Source: Eutreptiella sp. 'Long Island Sound 2002'
Taxonomy: Eukaryota; Protista; Euglenida
Reading direction: 5' to 3'
Assembly: GCA_964036045.1 (NCBI GenBank)
Contig: OZ038378.1
Location: forward strand, 6,386,001 to 6,450,000
Length of the DNA: 64,000 nt
A program made the translations under genes and the position numbers. The notes below the pieces were generated by a model. It saw only the letters and a list, made by a program, of their open reading frames with translations, ran no database searches and was not told the DNA's origin. Below, piece by piece: positions 60,061-64,000 of the stretch (positions are counted from its first letter, which is position 1; each line of letters opens with the position of its first letter).

Positions 60061-62865
60061 CTAGGCGACATCTACGGTATTGCAAAATTTGATGTAGTCG
60101 ACGTCCCCCCTCTGATCCACAAACATATCTGTCAATAAGTCAGTTTCCTCCGCAGGCAAAGCGAGTTGCATCTTGTCTAGAACACTGGCGAACTGTGTCC
60201 GTGTTACCCTTTCCTTCCGGATCTTATCAAAATCCTGAAAGTAAGGCTTCGGGTTCACACGCCTCGTGGCCATCCGTGTCTGCACGTGCTCGAGAATCGC
60301 ATCCTCAGGCCGTGGCTTGAAAACTGTAATGCCATACTGTTTCTTCACCGGATTTTTCATAGCAGGGGATGGCATGACCTTGGGAGGGGCTGTCATAGCG
60401 TATGGCTCAGTCTGCTGCACTTGCTTCAAGAACTCCACGTAGTTCACTGTGTCAGGGACCCCGGGGTTGTCGAACCGCGCTTCAAGGGTACGAAAGGCAA
60501 TCTCGTCAAGCTTGACGCCGGCCATGTCGAGCGCCGACCGGAACTTGGCCCGTGGGACGTAACCCTTGCGAAGGCGGTCTGTGTCGATGAAGAAGTCCTT
60601 GAGTCTGATCGAATTCTTCACGACCTTAACGCCAATCCAATTCATGAGGTCATCGGTGTCTGCCGGCGGCACGTCGGCGGCAACAAATCCCGCGGACCCT
60701 GCAAATCCTGTGGACCGTGTCGAGAACGTGGAGAAGGGGCTGGTCATGGACCTGGATGCAGCCAGCGAGGCAGGGCCAGTGCCAGGGCGCATCCCCAAAC
60801 TGGCATGTTCAAACTCGGGGACGGGGCTTGTGCGCGGGCGTTCGCTGGCATCCACGTCTCCGATGAAGCGACGATAATTGATGTGTCTCGAGCGGAAATC
60901 TCGGTAGCAGTTCAGGAGGGCGGTGGTCTCAGATTCACTCAGATTGAAATGGTGGCGGCTCAGCACCTGCTGAAATTGGGACGCGGTGATTCGACCAGTG
61001 TTGTGCTTATCAAAGTCTTGGAAAAATGGGGGAAGTAGAATCCCGCGTGTGCGCACAACCTCGTTCAGCCGGGCCAAGATCGCTTCCACGTGGTCGGAGA
61101 GTTCTGGCTCTTGCTCTTGCCGCTTTTTGGCCAATATCCTCTGAGTGGTACCAGGCGTTTTTGTCGGGGACTGTTCCAACTTCTTACAAGTGAAAACCTC
61201 GTCCACAGCGTCGGCAAACGTGAGCCACTGCACGAAGCCAGGCTTTGTGGGACTTGCATACCGAACGTACAGCAAATCCAACTCATCTTGGCGAAGAGTC
61301 ATGCCCGATATGGTCAATGCCGTGGCAAACTGCGCTTTTGTGACAACACCCGACCGCAGTGTGTCAAAGTCTCGGAAATATTCGTGAATGCGAATGCGGT
61401 TTGATAAGCAGTGCGTTTGAATGTCGTCTTCCACCTCCTCGATGGTCACTCGCCCCGTTTTCCCTAAAGGAACATACTTCGGCTCCAACGGTGCATTGAG
61501 CCTGGACGAGGAATTTGTCTTCGGCACTTCAGGTTCCTCTGGATCCACATCAGCACAGAAATCGAGATATCGAATGCTGTCGCTGTCGTTGCCAGCCTCC
61601 TTTGCCTGATATTTGTCACACAGGAGCTTGAAATCCTCGGGTGACAAAGAGATCCCAACACAGGTCAATGCCCTCTCAAACCGAGCCCGCGTGGTAAACT
61701 TCGTCTGATAAACACCCTTGCAGGCTCTGTCGAAGTCTTTGAAGTAGGGCTTGATGAGAATCCTCCTCGTCTTGATCATGGACCGCACGTGATCCAAAAC
61801 AGCTTCCACTCGAGCTTCATCGTGTGACGCCATGTAGTTCTGCTCCTTTACCAATAAGTCGTACCGAGGCTGCACCCGCCTTTGGGGGGTCTTTTCTAGT
61901 CCCTTCTCAGTAAATACGCTGTCCATATCATTCACGAACCGCATGTATGCAGTTCTTACGTTGCCATATGTATCCTGCACGCGATAATGGTCTTGCAGCA
62001 TTTTTATGTGGGAAGGAGACAACGAAAACTTTTGAAACTTGAGCACCCCCAGCCCGCTGGCGAACTGAGTCTCGGTGACAAGCTCCGAGCGCAACTTGTC
62101 GTAATCCTTGAACACTTCCTCGACACGGATACGGTTCGTGAGAACTTGCTTTTGCAACTCCACAAGCAAAGATTGGATGCCGTAGTCACTTTTCTGCTCG
62201 GTGCGACGTCCTTCCCGTTTGACTTCGACAGGTAGGCGCTTCGCTTCGATTGCATCCTCGACATCCCGAACCCAAGCCAAATAGTCCACGTCCCCGGAGG
62301 CAGAATCTTGATATCGCTGCAAAAGAATTCTAGTTGTGTCGGCATCCACTCGAAAAGGGAAGCACCGCAGGAATTGCGAAACGGTCACGCGGCCGTTGCA
62401 GTGATTGTCGAAATCTCGAAATGGCTCCTTCAGCATGATGCCTCGTGCCATCGTCTCAGCGACGAAGTGCTCCATTTCTCGGTTGTATTTCGCATACTGC
62501 TCCTCAGTTAGGGGGTTCGCAGCACGCTTCCTTGGTGACAGGAAGTTTTGTTGCATGGGGCTCCTCACAGTGGGGCTCTTTTCAAGATTCTTCACCGTGA
62601 ACACGTTGTCAACGGCGTCACAGAACTGGACGTAGTTGACCTTGTTGTGCTCGGTGGGACTCTTGTAGTGTAGGAACAACTGTTCGTAATCTGATTGTGT
62701 CACCTGGTTGACCACTCCCAACATGTTCAGACATCTTTGAAATTGATATGGCGTGATCAGACCTGATCGGAGCTTGTCAAAGTCCTGGAAGAACTCCGTT
62801 ACGCGGACTCGGTTGTTCTTACAGTGAGTTCGAATCTTCTGGAGTATCTCCTGAATGTCCGCCAT
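60061..62865 (-). CDS. Large multi-EF-hand protein (EFCAB6-like repeats), intronless, 934 aa from ATG 62865
   Basis: Repeated R.R..E.F.DFD.LRSG.VT..QF...L units (e.g. RVRVTEFFQDFDKLRSG, RIRVEEVFKDYDKLRSE, RIRIHEYFRDFDTLRSG, RVNPKPYFQDFDKIRKE). Open 2.8-kb frame ending in TAG. Confidence 0.9.
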   Translation of the reverse strand: MADIQEILQKIRTHCKNNRVRVTEFFQDFDKLRSGLITPYQFQRCLNMLGVVNQVTQSDYEQLFLHYKSPTEHNKVNYVQFCDAVDNVFTVKNLEKSPTVRSPMQQNFLSPRKRAANPLTEEQYAKYNREMEHFVAETMARGIMLKEPFRDFDNHCNGRVTVSQFLRCFPFRVDADTTRILLQRYQDSASGDVDYLAWVRDVEDAIEAKRLPVEVKREGRRTEQKSDYGIQSLLVELQKQVLTNRIRVEEVFKDYDKLRSELVTETQFASGLGVLKFQKFSLSPSHIKMLQDHYRVQDTYGNVRTAYMRFVNDMDSVFTEKGLEKTPQRRVQPRYDLLVKEQNYMASHDEARVEAVLDHVRSMIKTRRILIKPYFKDFDRACKGVYQTKFTTRARFERALTCVGISLSPEDFKLLCDKYQAKEAGNDSDSIRYLDFCADVDPEEPEVPKTNSSSRLNAPLEPKYVPLGKTGRVTIEEVEDDIQTHCLSNRIRIHEYFRDFDTLRSGVVTKAQFATALTISGMTLRQDELDLLYVRYASPTKPGFVQWLTFADAVDEVFTCKKLEQSPTKTPGTTQRILAKKRQEQEPELSDHVEAILARLNEVVRTRGILLPPFFQDFDKHNTGRITASQFQQVLSRHHFNLSESETTALLNCYRDFRSRHINYRRFIGDVDASERPRTSPVPEFEHASLGMRPGTGPASLAASRSMTSPFSTFSTRSTGFAGSAGFVAADVPPADTDDLMNWIGVKVVKNSIRLKDFFIDTDRLRKGYVPRAKFRSALDMAGVKLDEIAFRTLEARFDNPGVPDTVNYVEFLKQVQQTEPYAMTAPPKVMPSPAMKNPVKKQYGITVFKPRPEDAILEHVQTRMATRRVNPKPYFQDFDKIRKERVTRTQFASVLDKMQLALPAEETDLLTDMFVDQRGDVDYIKFCNTVDVA

Positions 62866-63689
62866 GACTAACTTCACTGAGTGGTCACCACCCACCACTT
62901 GCCAAACGACAAAGGATGGGACACAAGAGTACCCTCAAAGAAAGGCGGTATTGCAATGGGAAGCACCACAGAAGACTATTTTAGGAGGCTCTTCTGTTTT
63001 GGACCTTTTGTGGTGACACCAAGCTTCCCGTTTGGATAGATGTTGTTGGACTTAGTCTGTGGGTCTCCCTGAAACTCATTAACGGGCAAAGTAAGCAAGC
63101 ATCAAAACAAACAGAAGCACCCATATTGCAAAGGAAATGTCTTAGCTCGAGGAAGGTCTGCGGAGCCTTTGGACAGAAGCCCGACGCGTGCAGCAAGTCA
63201 GAGTCTACTCAAACCCTCCGCCCGTGCATCTTGCAGCATCTGCAAAGACATTGTCAGAGCCTCATGACCGTCGCATGCACTGTGCACCCTCTCCCTGTCG
63301 TCAGCTTGCTGCAGGGTGCTAGCCAGCCTACATACCTACATACCCCATTTTTCACCACATTTCCGGCAAACGCAACAAACAGGGGTGCTCTGACAGTATG
63401 CAAGCAGGGGGGGGGGGGGGCGATGCCGCAATGTACGTCAGTCCGGAAATCAAGCAGTCGTTCACCCTGTGTCGAGCAGACTATCCATCTGTTGTAGTTT
63501 CCTCGGGCCAAAATTTTCGAGGAATTTTCTGAATTTCTGGAACACGCGTAAGACGCTCCTTGAGAGCCGAAGTAGCCGAAGGAGCCAACTCAATCAATTC
63601 AATTCAATTTGACCGTATAAATGTTGATTCGGCTGCAAAATCCACAGTCTCTAAATCCGAATGTTGCAACTGTTCGTTTTTTCGACACG

Positions 63690-63720
63690 TTTTGCATGAT
63701 AGCTTCTTGGCTCTTTTCAG
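63690..63720 (+). promoter_or_regulatory. Pyrimidine tract + CAG acceptor 9 nt upstream of the kinesin start
   Basis: GCTTCTTGGCTCTTTTCAG|CAACAGGCG ATG. Confidence 0.65.
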
Positions 63721-63729
63721 CAACAGGCG

Positions 63730-64000
63730 ATGTCGAAGGTGGAATTCCCCAACCAACCAGTGAACATACAGGTGGTGGTTCGCTGCCGACCACCAACCGT
63801 GAAGGAGAAGTTAACGCAAGTCATGGCGGTGTCCACGAAAGCCAAGCGCGAGGTCAGCGTTAACATGAAGTGTGGCCAAAACACTATGAACAAGGTTTTC
63901 AAGTTCGATGAAGTGTATGACCAAGATGCGAGCCAGGAGCAAGTCTACCGGGGAACCATCAAGCCCATCGTTGGTGAGGTACTCACTGGATACAACTGCA
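63730..64000 (+). CDS. Kinesin motor domain N-terminus (kinesin-5/BimC-like), truncated by the window end; absent from the ORF track
   Basis: MSKVEFPNQPVNIQVVVRCRP...VFKFDEVYDQDASQEQVYRGTIKPIVGEVLTGYNC matches the VxVRxRP, FxFDxV and GYNC(T) kinesin motifs. Confidence 0.93.
   Translation, partial: MSKVEFPNQPVNIQVVVRCRPPTVKEKLTQVMAVSTKAKREVSVNMKCGQNTMNKVFKFDEVYDQDASQEQVYRGTIKPIVGEVLTGYNC

Overview
Eukaryotic, repeat-rich, gene-sparse nuclear DNA. No rRNA, tRNA or CRISPR array was found. A euglenozoan (euglenid-like) protist is my inference from pyrimidine-tract+AG sites just upstream of start codons and GTGTG-like intron donors. Protein-coding loci: (1) a ubiquitin-like + Cys-rich ORF followed in the same frame, after a single TAA, by a RING-H2 ORF (7937-9691, +); (2) a three-exon MMAA/MeaB GTPase (13104-19241, +); (3) an intronless single-repeat PQ-loop/SemiSWEET-like transporter (28163-28546, +); (4) a membrane-anchored FKBP (two exons, 39037-40747, +); (5) an intronless C2-like + GT1 sterol-glucosyltransferase-like enzyme (44696-46723, +); (6) an intronless multi-EF-hand protein (62865-60061, -), head-to-head with (7) a kinesin motor gene truncated by the window end (63730-, +). 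The rest is satellites and minisatellites (5, 11, 53, 59 bp units), MITEs with intact target-site duplications, and decayed transposons: pogo-like, three IS5/PIF-Harbinger-like DDE copies with a C-terminal zinc finger, a Gypsy-type integrase, Penelope-like RTs, a LINE-like RT and a possible KDZ/Zisupton-like element. The best leads are the stop-split UBL-RING locus, the half-size PQ-loop transporter with altered substrate residues, and a modular cassette whose conserved flanks carry different cargo. All family assignments come from motif recognition by eye, not from database searches.
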